In this document: one piece after another, positions 1 to 9,171 of the stretch
How the letters are laid out: every line of letters starts with the position of its first letter
How positions within the stretch are numbered: position 1 is the stretch's first letter
Origin: Terriglobia bacterium
GTDB lineage: Bacteria; Acidobacteriota; Terriglobia; 20CM-2-55-15
Length of the DNA stretch: 64,000 bases
Reading direction: 5' to 3'
Assembly: GCA_965218585.1 (NCBI GenBank)
Contig: CBDCLE010000009.1
Coordinates: 32,001 to 96,000, forward strand
The notes under the pieces: model-generated
Seen by the model: only the letters and a program-made list of their open reading frames with translations
What the model was told of the DNA's origin: nothing
Database searches by the model: none
Translations under genes and position numbers: made by a program

Positions 1-1
1 G

Positions 2-493
2 AACACGCTCCGGTTTGAGTTCGACCATGGAGATCAGACCCGCATGGTCTATTTCGATCAGTCGATGTTACCGGGCGAGCGTTCCTACCAGGGCCACGCC
101 ACCGCCGAGTGGATCGATACGCGCGTGCCAGCCCGTGGGGGATTCGCCGGCCGCGGCGGTGGATTTCCGGATGTCGAGCCGGGTTCAGGTCCCCCGAGAC
201 CGGGCGGCTTGGAGGTCGTCACGACGAACCTGCTACACCAGTATCACCGGCAGAATGGAACACCGGTCAGCGAGAATGCCGTTGTGACCGATCAGATCGA
301 TCTTGTTGCCGGACCGGCCAATCAGGACTGGCTGATCGTCAAGACCATCATCGAGGATCCTCAATACATGTTTTCTCCGATGGTCACCAGCGCGCAGTTC
401 AAACGGGAGTCCGACGATTCCAACTGGAACCCGCAACCCTGTCAGGTCGAACTGCCGTTCGAATCAAGGCTTCCGAACCTGAGGCTCAACTAG
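2..493 (+). CDS. Uncharacterised protein (5'-partial), paralog of 6374..7246
   Basis: Frame is open from base 2 (NTLRFEFDHGDQTRMVYFDQS...). The C-terminus is nearly identical to 6374..7246 (VELxFESRLPNLRL). Confidence 0.85.
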   Translation, partial: NTLRFEFDHGDQTRMVYFDQSMLPGERSYQGHATAEWIDTRVPARGGFAGRGGGFPDVEPGSGPPRPGGLEVVTTNLLHQYHRQNGTPVSENAVVTDQIDLVAGPANQDWLIVKTIIEDPQYMFSPMVTSAQFKRESDDSNWNPQPCQVELPFESRLPNLRLN

Positions 494-510
494 CAGAACC
501 GTCACTTCCT

Positions 511-573
511 CTGTAGGTGCGGTCTATGGCCGCACAAAAAAAAGAGATGGGCGTTCATAGAGCGCCCCCCCAG
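511..573. repeat. REPIN: inverted pair of GTAG-type REP palindromes
   Basis: CTGTAGGTGCGGTCTATGGCCGCAC..GGGCGTTCATAGAGCGCCCCCCCAG. Same family at 1537, 2582, 7306, 14453, 19747 and 62397. Confidence 0.8.
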
Positions 574-604
574 TTCATGCTGACTGTCCGTTAGGAGAAT
601 AACG

Positions 605-1528
605 ATGCGTATGGCGAGGCTGATCGGACTCGTTGGGCTGTCCGTTCTGGTCCTGGCTGGAATGGGGTCCCCGAGTGAGGCTTCGGCTCAGGCCGTCATC
701 GATTTTTCGGGCGAGTGGCTGGACAACTCGTTTGAATCGGACGATCGGGGAGGTCCGCCCCGGCTGGGCTTGATTGCGAATGGCTACGACTCGCTGCCGG
801 GCAACCTCCTGGGGTTACCCTATAACGACGCCGGACGACAGAAGGCCGCCACCTCGGACATGGCCATCTACTCCCATCCGGCCTGGATATTCCGGCCCCA
901 CCCGATCCAGTATTCCATGCGTGGTTTTGGCCTCGGCAGCTGGAGGATGATCAAGGAAATCGATCCCGAAACGGGGCGTCTCTTAGCGTATCGTGTGACC
1001 GGAGGATACAACCTGGACCGCCTTATCTGGATGGACGGCCGTGAGCGCCCGCCCGACTATGCCGAGCATACGTACACCGGCTTTTCCACCGGCCGGTTCG
1101 AGCGCGACATGCTGGTCGTGACGACCACGCACATCAAACATGGGTACCACAGGCGAAACGGGTCTCCGGCCAGCGACCAGACGAGGATGACGGAATACTT
1201 CATTCGTCACGGCGATCGGATGACGCATGTTCAGTTCACTGAGGATCCGATTTATCTCGAGGAGCCGCTCGTCCGCACGACGGATCACATTTTTGCGCCA
1301 ACGCGTCAAGCCGGTACATTTCGTGCCCGCAGCCTCTGGAACACCGGCGAAGAAGTCATGTGGGACGAGGGCTACCTTCCGCACTATACCCTGGGCACTC
1401 CTCACACGCAGATCTCAGATTGGCTCGGGATCCCCTATGAAACAACGTGGGGAGGCAGCGAAACGCTTTATCCCGAATACCGGGAAAAGCTGAGGCAGCT
1501 GATGAGCGAGTCCGGAGGGGCAAGGTAG
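605..1528 (+). CDS. Secreted uncharacterised protein, paralog A1 of 4
   Basis: Signal peptide, AGGAG RBS, motifs DFSGEW and GFSTGRFERDMLVVTTTH. Highly similar to A2-A4. Confidence 0.9.
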   Translation: MRMARLIGLVGLSVLVLAGMGSPSEASAQAVIDFSGEWLDNSFESDDRGGPPRLGLIANGYDSLPGNLLGLPYNDAGRQKAATSDMAIYSHPAWIFRPHPIQYSMRGFGLGSWRMIKEIDPETGRLLAYRVTGGYNLDRLIWMDGRERPPDYAEHTYTGFSTGRFERDMLVVTTTHIKHGYHRRNGSPASDQTRMTEYFIRHGDRMTHVQFTEDPIYLEEPLVRTTDHIFAPTRQAGTFRARSLWNTGEEVMWDEGYLPHYTLGTPHTQISDWLGIPYETTWGGSETLYPEYREKLRQLMSESGGAR

Positions 1529-1536
1529 CGGGCTTG

Positions 1537-1565
1537 TGTAGGTGCGGTCTATGACCGCACCTACA
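1537..1565. repeat. REP palindrome (GTAG family)
   Basis: TGTAGGTGCGGTCTATGACCGCACCTACA hairpin in the intergenic space. Confidence 0.8.
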
Positions 1566-1597
1566 GTTGTGTTGACTCGTCCGGGAGGAGAACAGCG

Positions 1598-2515
1598 ATG
1601 CATATCGTGAAGGTGATTGGACTCTTCGGGCTGTCCCTTGTTGTCATGATTGGAATGGGGCCAGGCACTGAGGCCTCGGCTCAGGGGATCATCGATTTTT
1701 CGGGAGAATGGCTGGACTATTCGTTTGAGGAAGACGATCGGGGAGGACCGCCGAGATTGGGTCGAACCGCGGGTGGAGTTGACTCGCTGCCCGGCAACTA
1801 CCTGGGGTTGCCTTACAATGATGCCGGACGCCGGAAGGGCAACGCCATGGACATTTCCATTTATTCCCATCCGGCCTGGATGTTCCGACCGCACCCGATC
1901 CAGTATTCCATGCGCGGTTTCGGCCCCGGTGCGAGTTGGAGGATGATCAAGGAAATCGATCCGGAAACGGGGCGTCTCTTAGCGTATCGTGTGACCGGGG
2001 GATACAACCTGGACCGCCTGATCTGGATGGACGGCCGCCCGCATCCCCCGGACTATACCGAGCACACGTACAGCGGCTTTTCCACGGGACGGTTCGAGCG
2101 GGACATGCTGGTCGTGAGGACAACGCACATCAAACATGGATACCACAAACGGAATGGAGCCCCGGCCAGCGACCAGGTGACTCTGACGGAGTATTTCATC
2201 CGCCACGGCGACCGGATGACGCACGTTCAGTTTACCGAGGACCCGATCTACTTCGAGGAGCCTCTGATCCGCACGACCGATCACATCTTGGCGCCGACGC
2301 GTCAGGCTGGAACTGTGCGTTCCCGCAGAAACCTCTGGAACGCACCCGAAGAAGTCCTCTGGGAAGACGGCTACCTTCCGCATTATCCATTGGGTACGAG
2401 CCACACGCAGATCTCGGACTTTCTCGGGCTTCCCGTTGAAACGACGGGAGGAGGAAGCAAAACACTCTATCCCGAATACCGGGAACAGCTAAGGCAGGTG
2501 ATGAGTGAACCTTAA
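1598..2515 (+). CDS. Secreted uncharacterised protein, paralog A2
   Basis: GGAGGAG RBS, signal peptide, same motifs as A1. Confidence 0.9.
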   Translation: MHIVKVIGLFGLSLVVMIGMGPGTEASAQGIIDFSGEWLDYSFEEDDRGGPPRLGRTAGGVDSLPGNYLGLPYNDAGRRKGNAMDISIYSHPAWMFRPHPIQYSMRGFGPGASWRMIKEIDPETGRLLAYRVTGGYNLDRLIWMDGRPHPPDYTEHTYSGFSTGRFERDMLVVRTTHIKHGYHKRNGAPASDQVTLTEYFIRHGDRMTHVQFTEDPIYFEEPLIRTTDHILAPTRQAGTVRSRRNLWNAPEEVLWEDGYLPHYPLGTSHTQISDFLGLPVETTGGGSKTLYPEYREQLRQVMSEP

Positions 2516-2544
2516 GGTGCCAGGTAGTCGATCCGGAAATGAAT

Positions 2545-2576
2545 AGGGCCGCAGGAGGCTTCCTGCGGCCTTTTCT
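2545..2576 (+). terminator. Rho-independent terminator
   Basis: GGCCGCAGGA-GGCT-TCCTGCGGCC followed by TTTTCT. Confidence 0.7.
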
Positions 2577-2581
2577 CTTGT

Positions 2582-2640
2582 CTGTAGGTGCGGTCTATGA
2601 CCGCACGAATAGATCGGACGCTTATAGAGCGCCCCTACAG
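2582..2640. repeat. REPIN (GTAG family)
   Basis: CTGTAGGTGCGGTCTATGACCGCAC..GGACGCTTATAGAGCGCCCCTACAG. Confidence 0.8.
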
Positions 2641-2669
2641 TTGTTGATTTGTCTGGGAGGAGAAACACG

Positions 2670-3626
2670 ATGCATGTCGTGAAGGTGATTGGACTGGTTG
2701 GGCTATCCGTTCTTGTCCTGACCGGAATGGGGACAGCCAGTGAGGCTTCAGCTCAGGGGATCATCGATTTTTCGGGTGAGTGGCTCGACAATTCGTTCGA
2801 ATCGGACGATCGCGGAGGACCCCCGCGGCTCGGCTCGTTTGGATCGCGGGACGTCACCCGAGGTGGGGACGGGGTCGATGCGCTGCCGGGCAACTATCTG
2901 GGGATACCTTACAACGATGCCGGACGGCGAAAGGCCGCTGCCATGGACATGTCCATCTACTCCCATCCAGCCTGGATGTTCCGGCCGCACCCGATTCAAT
3001 ACTCCATGCGCGCTTTTGGCCCCGGTGCGAGTTGGAGGATGATCAAGGACGTCGATCCGGAAACAGGCGGTCTCGTTGCGTATCGCGTCACCGGGGGATA
3101 CAACCTGGACCGTATTATCTGGATGGACGGCCGTGGGCATCCTCCTGCTTACGCCGAGCATACGTACGACGGCTTCTCCACCGGCCGGTTCGAGCGGGAC
3201 ATGCTGGTCGTGACCACGACACATATAAAACATGGGTATCACAGGCGAAACGGGTCTCCCGCGAGTGACCAGGTTACGCTGACTGAATACTTCATTCGTC
3301 ACGGCGACCAGATGACGCACGTTCAGTTCACTGAGGACCCGGTTTATTTCGAGGAACCGTTCGTTCGTACGACCGATCACATATTGATGCCAACCCGGCA
3401 TGCCGGGGTGTTTCGTGCGCGCAACCTGTGGAACGTCGCCGAAGAGGTCTTGTGGGAAGAGGGCTACCTTCCGCACTATCCTCTGGGAACCCGTCACACG
3501 CAGACTTCGGATTTTCTCGGGATTCCCGTTGAAACGACAGGGGGAGGCAGCGAGACGCTCTATCCCGAATACCGGGAAAAGCTGAGAGAGTTGATGAGTG
3601 AGCCTGATACTGTGGACCTGAGATAG
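2670..3626 (+). CDS. Secreted uncharacterised protein, paralog A3
   Basis: ATG at 2670 follows GGGAGGAG. Signal peptide and the same motifs as A1. Confidence 0.9.
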   Translation: MHVVKVIGLVGLSVLVLTGMGTASEASAQGIIDFSGEWLDNSFESDDRGGPPRLGSFGSRDVTRGGDGVDALPGNYLGIPYNDAGRRKAAAMDMSIYSHPAWMFRPHPIQYSMRAFGPGASWRMIKDVDPETGGLVAYRVTGGYNLDRIIWMDGRGHPPAYAEHTYDGFSTGRFERDMLVVTTTHIKHGYHRRNGSPASDQVTLTEYFIRHGDQMTHVQFTEDPVYFEEPFVRTTDHILMPTRHAGVFRARNLWNVAEEVLWEEGYLPHYPLGTRHTQTSDFLGIPVETTGGGSETLYPEYREKLRELMSEPDTVDLR

Positions 3627-3646
3627 AAGAACGATCACACCGCAAG

Positions 3647-3686
3647 AAAAAGGGCTGCGGGTTAGTTCTCTGCGGTCCTTTTTTTG
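3647..3686 (+). terminator. Probable rho-independent terminator
   Basis: AAAAAGGGCTGCGG..CTGCGGTCCTTTTTTT. Confidence 0.6.
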
Positions 3687-3943
3687 CTTTCTGTTGGGAA
3701 GCAGTTGCCAAAACAACGGTCAATTCGCTTGACGTACGGTACGTACGGCGGTACACGTACTCCAGGTATCTGAAGAAAGCCGGATTGCTTAAAGAAATTC
3801 CATGTAAGAAGCAAGACTCTGCCGCTCAACGATCTTGTGAGTGTGAGTGGGTTGCTCTCTGCTGGCCTTATTGAACATGACCAGACACGCTCATGTTGCG
3901 TATTGTGTGGCGTATCCTTTCACTGCCTGACGGAGTAATGATC

Positions 3944-4861
3944 ATGCGTATTGGAACTGTAATGGGCCTTGTAGCGTTCTCTTTTCTCATTGTCATGACG
4001 ATGGGTTCGAACACGCCGGTGTTTGGCCAGGTGGTCGATTTTTCTGGAGAGTGGCTGGACAACTCGTTTGAAGAAGACGATCGCGGAGGACCCGCTACGG
4101 CTGCCTCGAGAGCTTCGTCGAGAGTGCTTTCCGACGGGATGATCGGCAATTACCTGGGGATCCCGTACAACGATGCCGGGCGTCAGAAGGGCGCCAGTTA
4201 TTCCCTGTCCATGTTCAGCCATCCTGCGGTCAAGTTTCGGCCCCACACGATGCAGTATTCCATGCGAGGCGTGATCGGCAATTGGAGGATGTCGAAGGTT
4301 GTGGACCCGGTAACAAAGGTGCTGGTTGCCTACAGGATAGAAGGGGGCTACAACCTGGATCGCACGATCTGGATGGACGGCCGGGGGCACCCACCCGACT
4401 ACGCCGAGCACAGCTATGTCGGTTTCTCGACTGGTCGGTATGAGCGCGGCATGCTGGTGGTGACAACCACACACATGAAGTTCGGGACACACAAGCGCAA
4501 CGGCGCCCCGGCCAGTTCCGAGGCGACGCTGACGGAATACTTTATCCGCCACGGCGACCGGCTAACGCATGTCCAGCTCACCGACGATCCGTCCTACCTG
4601 GAAGAACCCTACATCCGGACGACGGATCACATACTGGCTGTCGGTAGGCACGCTCGGGGAAACCAAAGGAACCTCTGGAACACGAGCGAAGAAGTTGCAT
4701 GGGAGGATGAGTATCTGCCTCACTTCCCCCTCGGGACCCGCCATACTGATCTGGCAGATATGCTCGGGATTCCGTTCGAAACGACGCAAGGCGGGAGTGA
4801 GACGCTTTATCCCGAATACCGGACCAAGCTCCGGGAGATGGTCAACGAGAGGGTGCGTTAA
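3944..4861 (+). CDS. Secreted uncharacterised protein, paralog A4 (most diverged)
   Basis: Signal peptide and the same conserved blocks. ATG 3944 chosen because it follows GGAG. Confidence 0.85.
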   Translation: MRIGTVMGLVAFSFLIVMTMGSNTPVFGQVVDFSGEWLDNSFEEDDRGGPATAASRASSRVLSDGMIGNYLGIPYNDAGRQKGASYSLSMFSHPAVKFRPHTMQYSMRGVIGNWRMSKVVDPVTKVLVAYRIEGGYNLDRTIWMDGRGHPPDYAEHSYVGFSTGRYERGMLVVTTTHMKFGTHKRNGAPASSEATLTEYFIRHGDRLTHVQLTDDPSYLEEPYIRTTDHILAVGRHARGNQRNLWNTSEEVAWEDEYLPHFPLGTRHTDLADMLGIPFETTQGGSETLYPEYRTKLREMVNERVR

Positions 4862-4867
4862 AGCCTG

Positions 4868-5910
4868 ATGGAGCGAGGAATGGGTCGAAACTCGGTAGCG
4901 AAATCGGGACCTGGCATCGTAGCGCTGACCTTCGCCCTGTCCTTCATGCTCAGCCTGCCTGCGCCATCCGACGCGCGGCAAAACCACCCCAGTCTGGCGT
5001 ACGACGCTGCTACTCCGATTCACGTCATGCATGTGAGGGCAACGTGTACATGTTGGTTGTCGGCGGTGCCGATGGAGTTAACATCGCAGCGCAAGTTGGG
5101 GATCAAGGCATTTTTCTGGTGGATTCGGGCCCAGCGGTGCTCGCAGACAAACTGCTTCAGACCCTTCGGGAAGAGTTCGGTGACAAGCCGGTCCGTTTTC
5201 TGATCAACACTCATTCCCATGCCGACCACGCGGGGGGGAATCTGGCCCTTGCGGAAACCTTCGGTACAGAGCTCAACAACATTCCCGGTAATCCATTGCC
5301 GGGTGTCGGTATCGATTCCCATGAAAACACGCTCAACAGGTTGAGCGGTTACACGGACGACCAGCGGGACGTGATTCCGATCGACGCTGCACCCGGTGTG
5401 TCTTTTTATACGGAAAGGATGGATTTCTTTCTCAACGGTGAGCCCATCGTCGCCTTCTCAGCTCCTTCGGCCCACACCGACGGAGACGTGATGGTGTGGT
5501 TTCGAAGTTCTGATGTTCTGGCTGCGGGTGACGTATTTGTGATGGGAAACTACCCCGTCCTCGATGCTTCACGCGGCGGAAGCCTGGGTGGTCTGATCAG
5601 TGCCGCTGACCACATTGTCGACGACATTGCGGTCGCTGAGGTCTATGCCAGTTTCGGAACCCGGATCATTCCAGGACACGGTCGCTTGACGAACGAAAGC
5701 GAAGTTCTGGATTACCAACTCATGCTGACTGTGATTCGAGACCGCGTCCAGGACATGGTTGATCAGGAGATGAGTCTGGACGAGATCAAGGCCGCGCGGC
5801 CGACTTTGGATTACGATGCAGTCTACGGCAGGAACAAGCCGTTCTGGACACCGGAAATGTTTCTCGAAGCCGTCTATGAAGATGCGGTTAGGAACCGCCA
5901 AGCAGATTAA
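4868..5910 (+). CDS. Secreted metallo-beta-lactamase-fold protein (cyclase-like), frameshifted at ~5037
   Basis: HSHADH, HTDGD and PGHG motifs. The signal-peptide ORF 4868 joins ORF 5044 if one G is added in GTGAGGGCAAC (giving VRGNVYML). Confidence 0.8.
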
Positions 5911-5958
5911 AGATCATCAAGTTTGAACCTTTTTCTTTCGTAAAGGAGGAAAACGAGA

Positions 5959-6360
5959 ATGAATCGTATCGTTGTTCTGATCGCTGTTGCGGTCGTGCTG
6001 GTTTGGACGGCGAGTGCATACTCCCACCATTCGGCGTCCGCCGTCTATGACGTTTTGGACGAGATGGAGATCCAGGGCGAAATCGTCCAGGTCTCGCTTC
6101 GGAATCCTCATTCCGCAGTCTTTGTGGAGGCGCCGGACGAGAACGGAGAAATGACGCGTTGGGGTGTTTCCTGGGGCGCGGCTACACGGTTGAGGGCTCA
6201 GGGAGGCGACAACTTCCGAGTGGGAGACCAGGTGGTGGTTACCGGTAACCCGGGACGCAATGCCGCGGATCACAGATTGCTCATGATTTCCATCGTCCGT
6301 CCGTCGGACGGATTGAGCTGGGGCCTCGAAGCGGGACAGGAAATCCAAGGCGCCCGGTAG
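5959..6360 (+). CDS. DUF6152-family secreted protein
   Basis: Signal peptide followed by HHSASAVYD and NPHS motifs. AGGAGG RBS. Confidence 0.8.
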   Translation: MNRIVVLIAVAVVLVWTASAYSHHSASAVYDVLDEMEIQGEIVQVSLRNPHSAVFVEAPDENGEMTRWGVSWGAATRLRAQGGDNFRVGDQVVVTGNPGRNAADHRLLMISIVRPSDGLSWGLEAGQEIQGAR

Positions 6361-6373
6361 GGGAAGACGCAGC

Positions 6374-7246
6374 ATGAATGGGCGAATACAGTCGAAACGT
6401 AAAGGTGAGTTGTCTCGAGTGGCCATCGCAACAGGACTTTTCCTTGCGCTTGGCATGTGGTCGACAACTGTAGATGTTCTGGCACAGCGTAGGGTTCCCC
6501 TAACGCCTCAGGCAATGGCCCCGGTTGATGTAACCGGTTACTGGGTTACAGCGATAACCGAGGACTGGCGGGTGCGCATGATGACTCCCCAACGGGGAGA
6601 TTTTCTAGGGCTTCCGCTCAATCAGGCAGGCATCGACCTTGCGAACGGCTGGGATCCGGACGCGGACATAGCGAATGGGAACGAATGCAGAGCGTTCGGA
6701 GCCGCCGGCATCATGCGAAGTCCCACTCGGATCCACATCATCTGGGAGGCCGAGAACACGCTTCGAATGGAATTCGATCATGGCCAACAGACGCGCCTGG
6801 TTTACTTCGATCAATCGACGCCTGCGGGTGAACGTTCGTGGCAAGGCCACGCTCTGGGCGAATGGGTCGACATGACACCGCCCGGAGGCGCCGGCCGTGG
6901 CAGAGGCGGTCGCGGTGGAGGTGGCGACGGTGCCGGCATTGGTTTCGGAAGACCTGGAGCTTTGCAGGTCGTTACGACTAACCTGCTGCATCAGTATCAC
7001 CGTCAGAATGGGACCCCCGTCAGCGAGAACGCGATCGTCACCGACATAATCGATCTTATTCCGGGTCTGGGCGGGGGAGAATGGCTGATCGTGAAAACGA
7101 TGATCGACGATCCCGAGTATATGTTCTCTCAGATGGTGACCAGTTCGCAGTTCAAGCGGGAGCCGGACGATTCCAAATGGGATCCGCAACCCTGTGCGGT
7201 TGAACTGCTTTTCGAGTCGCGCCTTCCGAATCTGAGACTTGACTAG
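6374..7246 (+). CDS. Secreted uncharacterised protein (paralog of 2..493) with a Gly/Arg-rich loop
   Basis: Signal peptide, DVTGYW and TEDWRVRM motifs, GGAGRGRGGRGGGG loop. Confidence 0.85.
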   Translation: MNGRIQSKRKGELSRVAIATGLFLALGMWSTTVDVLAQRRVPLTPQAMAPVDVTGYWVTAITEDWRVRMMTPQRGDFLGLPLNQAGIDLANGWDPDADIANGNECRAFGAAGIMRSPTRIHIIWEAENTLRMEFDHGQQTRLVYFDQSTPAGERSWQGHALGEWVDMTPPGGAGRGRGGRGGGGDGAGIGFGRPGALQVVTTNLLHQYHRQNGTPVSENAIVTDIIDLIPGLGGGEWLIVKTMIDDPEYMFSQMVTSSQFKREPDDSKWDPQPCAVELLFESRLPNLRLD

Positions 7247-7268
7247 AGAACATCCGGAGAAGGTAGCA

Positions 7269-7300
7269 GGGGCCGCGGGTGACTCTCCCGCGGCCCTTTC
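7269..7300 (+). terminator. Probable terminator, followed by a truncated REP (7306-7322)
   Basis: GGGCCGCGGG-TGACTCT-CCCGCGGCCC-TTT. Confidence 0.6.
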
Positions 7301-7431
7301 CATTCCTGTAGGTGCGGTCTATTAGCGTTCATATGGCCAGGCGCGGACACAGAGCAGAGGAAAAATTATTGATTGTCGAGGGCCTCTTATAACATCCTCG
7401 ATGGGCGATTATTTCGTTTGAGGTTGTCTGA

Positions 7432-8091
7432 ATGAACGGTATCCATGATGTTGGCGGCATGACCTGCTTCGGGCCGGTCCTCCACGAAGAGAACGAGCCC
7501 GTGTTTCATGCCCCCTGGGAACGGAGTGTCTTCGCCCTGAACATTGCGGCGGTTGCCTTCTACGGTCCGGTGGACCGGGCCCGGCATGCAATCGAACGCA
7601 TGGATCCGGTGCGCTATCTTTCCCTGAGCTACTACGAGAAGTGGATGGGACAGATCGAGACGCTCGCAGCAGAGTTCGGCGTTCTGACACCGGAGGAGAT
7701 CGAAACCGGGGTTTCGTCTTCACCCGGCCCCGAATTCTCGGCACCTGACGCCGAACACATCGAGCACGTGGTTCACCAGGGGATACCGGGAACCCGCGAC
7801 GACGGCCGGCAGGTTCCCGTCTTTCAGGTCGGGGACACGGTTCGTGCGAAGAACATCCAGCCCGAAGGCCATACCCGCCTACCCCGCTACATCCGTGGTC
7901 ATGCCGGTATTGTCGACAGGATTCACGGCACGTTCGGGTTTGCGGACACCTTGGCCCACGATAGGGGAGACAATCCGCAGCCCCTCTACAGCGTTCGGTT
8001 TGCCGCCACCGAATTGTGGGGCGAAGGTTATCCACCGAAAGACCATGTCTACATCGACCTTTTTGAAGATTATCTGGAACAGCCGGACTGA
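7432..8091 (+). CDS. nthB: Nitrile hydratase beta subunit
   Basis: MNGIHDVGG, RHAIERM, SYYEKW, GHTRLPRYIRG and YIDLFEDYL. Confidence 0.97.
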   Translation: MNGIHDVGGMTCFGPVLHEENEPVFHAPWERSVFALNIAAVAFYGPVDRARHAIERMDPVRYLSLSYYEKWMGQIETLAAEFGVLTPEEIETGVSSSPGPEFSAPDAEHIEHVVHQGIPGTRDDGRQVPVFQVGDTVRAKNIQPEGHTRLPRYIRGHAGIVDRIHGTFGFADTLAHDRGDNPQPLYSVRFAATELWGEGYPPKDHVYIDLFEDYLEQPD

Positions 8092-8099
8092 AACAAATC

Positions 8100-8744
8100 A
8101 TGAGCGACCACAAACATCCGCACGATGCCCCGCCCAATCCCTATTTCCAAAGCCATCGGAGCGAACAGGACGACGAAGCGCTGACCGCCCGCGTTCGGAA
8201 GATCGAACAGGTCCTGATCGAGAAGGGCGTCGTCAAGAAAGACACACTGCGAAAGCTTGCCGATATCTATGAGAACGATCTGGGTCCCATGAACGGGGCT
8301 CGGGTCGTGGCGCGCGCGTGGGTCGATCCCGATTTCAAGAAAAGGTTGCTCGAAGATGGAACAGCCGGGATCCGGGAGCTCGGATATGGAGGCCTGGATG
8401 GCGAACATATGGTCGTCGTCGAAAACACGCCAGAGGTGCATAACGTAGTGGTCTGCACCTTGTGCTCCTGCTATCCCTGGCCTGTGCTCGGGCTGCCACC
8501 GACCTGGTATAAGAGCGCAGCCTACCGTTCCAAGGTGGTCATCGATCCCAGGAGCGTGTTGAACGACTTCGGGACGACACTCGACGAAGGCGTCGAAGTG
8601 CGCGTGTGGGATAGCAGCGCCGACGTGCGATATATCGTGTTGCCGGAACGGCCAGCGGATACCGATGGAATGACCGAAGAACAGCTCGTCGATATTGTGA
8701 ACCGCGACAGCATGATCGGCGTGACGAAGGTGCAGATCCAGTGA
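8100..8744 (+). CDS. nthA: Nitrile hydratase alpha subunit, cobalt type
   Basis: Metal-binding motif VCTLCSCY (Thr/Tyr signature of Co-type enzymes) and GARVVARAW. Confidence 0.98.
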   Translation: MSDHKHPHDAPPNPYFQSHRSEQDDEALTARVRKIEQVLIEKGVVKKDTLRKLADIYENDLGPMNGARVVARAWVDPDFKKRLLEDGTAGIRELGYGGLDGEHMVVVENTPEVHNVVVCTLCSCYPWPVLGLPPTWYKSAAYRSKVVIDPRSVLNDFGTTLDEGVEVRVWDSSADVRYIVLPERPADTDGMTEEQLVDIVNRDSMIGVTKVQIQ

Positions 8745-9043
8745 AAGAGCGCGACACTAACGAAGAAATCGCCGACATGGGAGAGGGCACTCCGCTTCCC
8801 AGAAAGAATGGAGAGATCGTTTTTCAGAATGAATGGGAACGGCGCGCGTTTGCGATCGCCGTGAGCCTTGCTGAAAGCGGTCATTACAAGTGGCGCGAAT
8901 TTCAGCAACAGCTGATCGCGGCCATCGGTGACGCCGAGAAACACGATCCCCTGAATCCGAGTCGTGGTTACTTTGAAAGCTGGCTCGTATCCCTCGAAAA
9001 TATCCTCGACGAGAAAGAACTCCTCAAGAACGATCAGAAGTAG
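8741..9043 (+). CDS. Nitrile hydratase accessory/activator protein (P14K/NhlE-like)
   Basis: GTGA overlap with nthA. Motifs F..EWERRAFA, WREFQQQL and YFESWLVSLE. Confidence 0.9.
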   Translation: MKERDTNEEIADMGEGTPLPRKNGEIVFQNEWERRAFAIAVSLAESGHYKWREFQQQLIAAIGDAEKHDPLNPSRGYFESWLVSLENILDEKELLKNDQK

Positions 9044-9171
9044 CGCCGACTGCGTCCGGAAGGTCGTTGAACCCCCCCGTTGCCTGATTTGGCCTGTTAC
9101 AAGCCAGGTCAATAAGGTAAATTATTTAGATCGTAGTGCTTATCCATAGATTCGCGAGGAAACCCACACTG

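Noticed and set aside
605-4861. Paralog array as a diversity-generating retroelement or shufflon
   Set aside because: No reverse transcriptase or invertase is present, all copies are full genes in one orientation, and the differences do not look adenine-specific.
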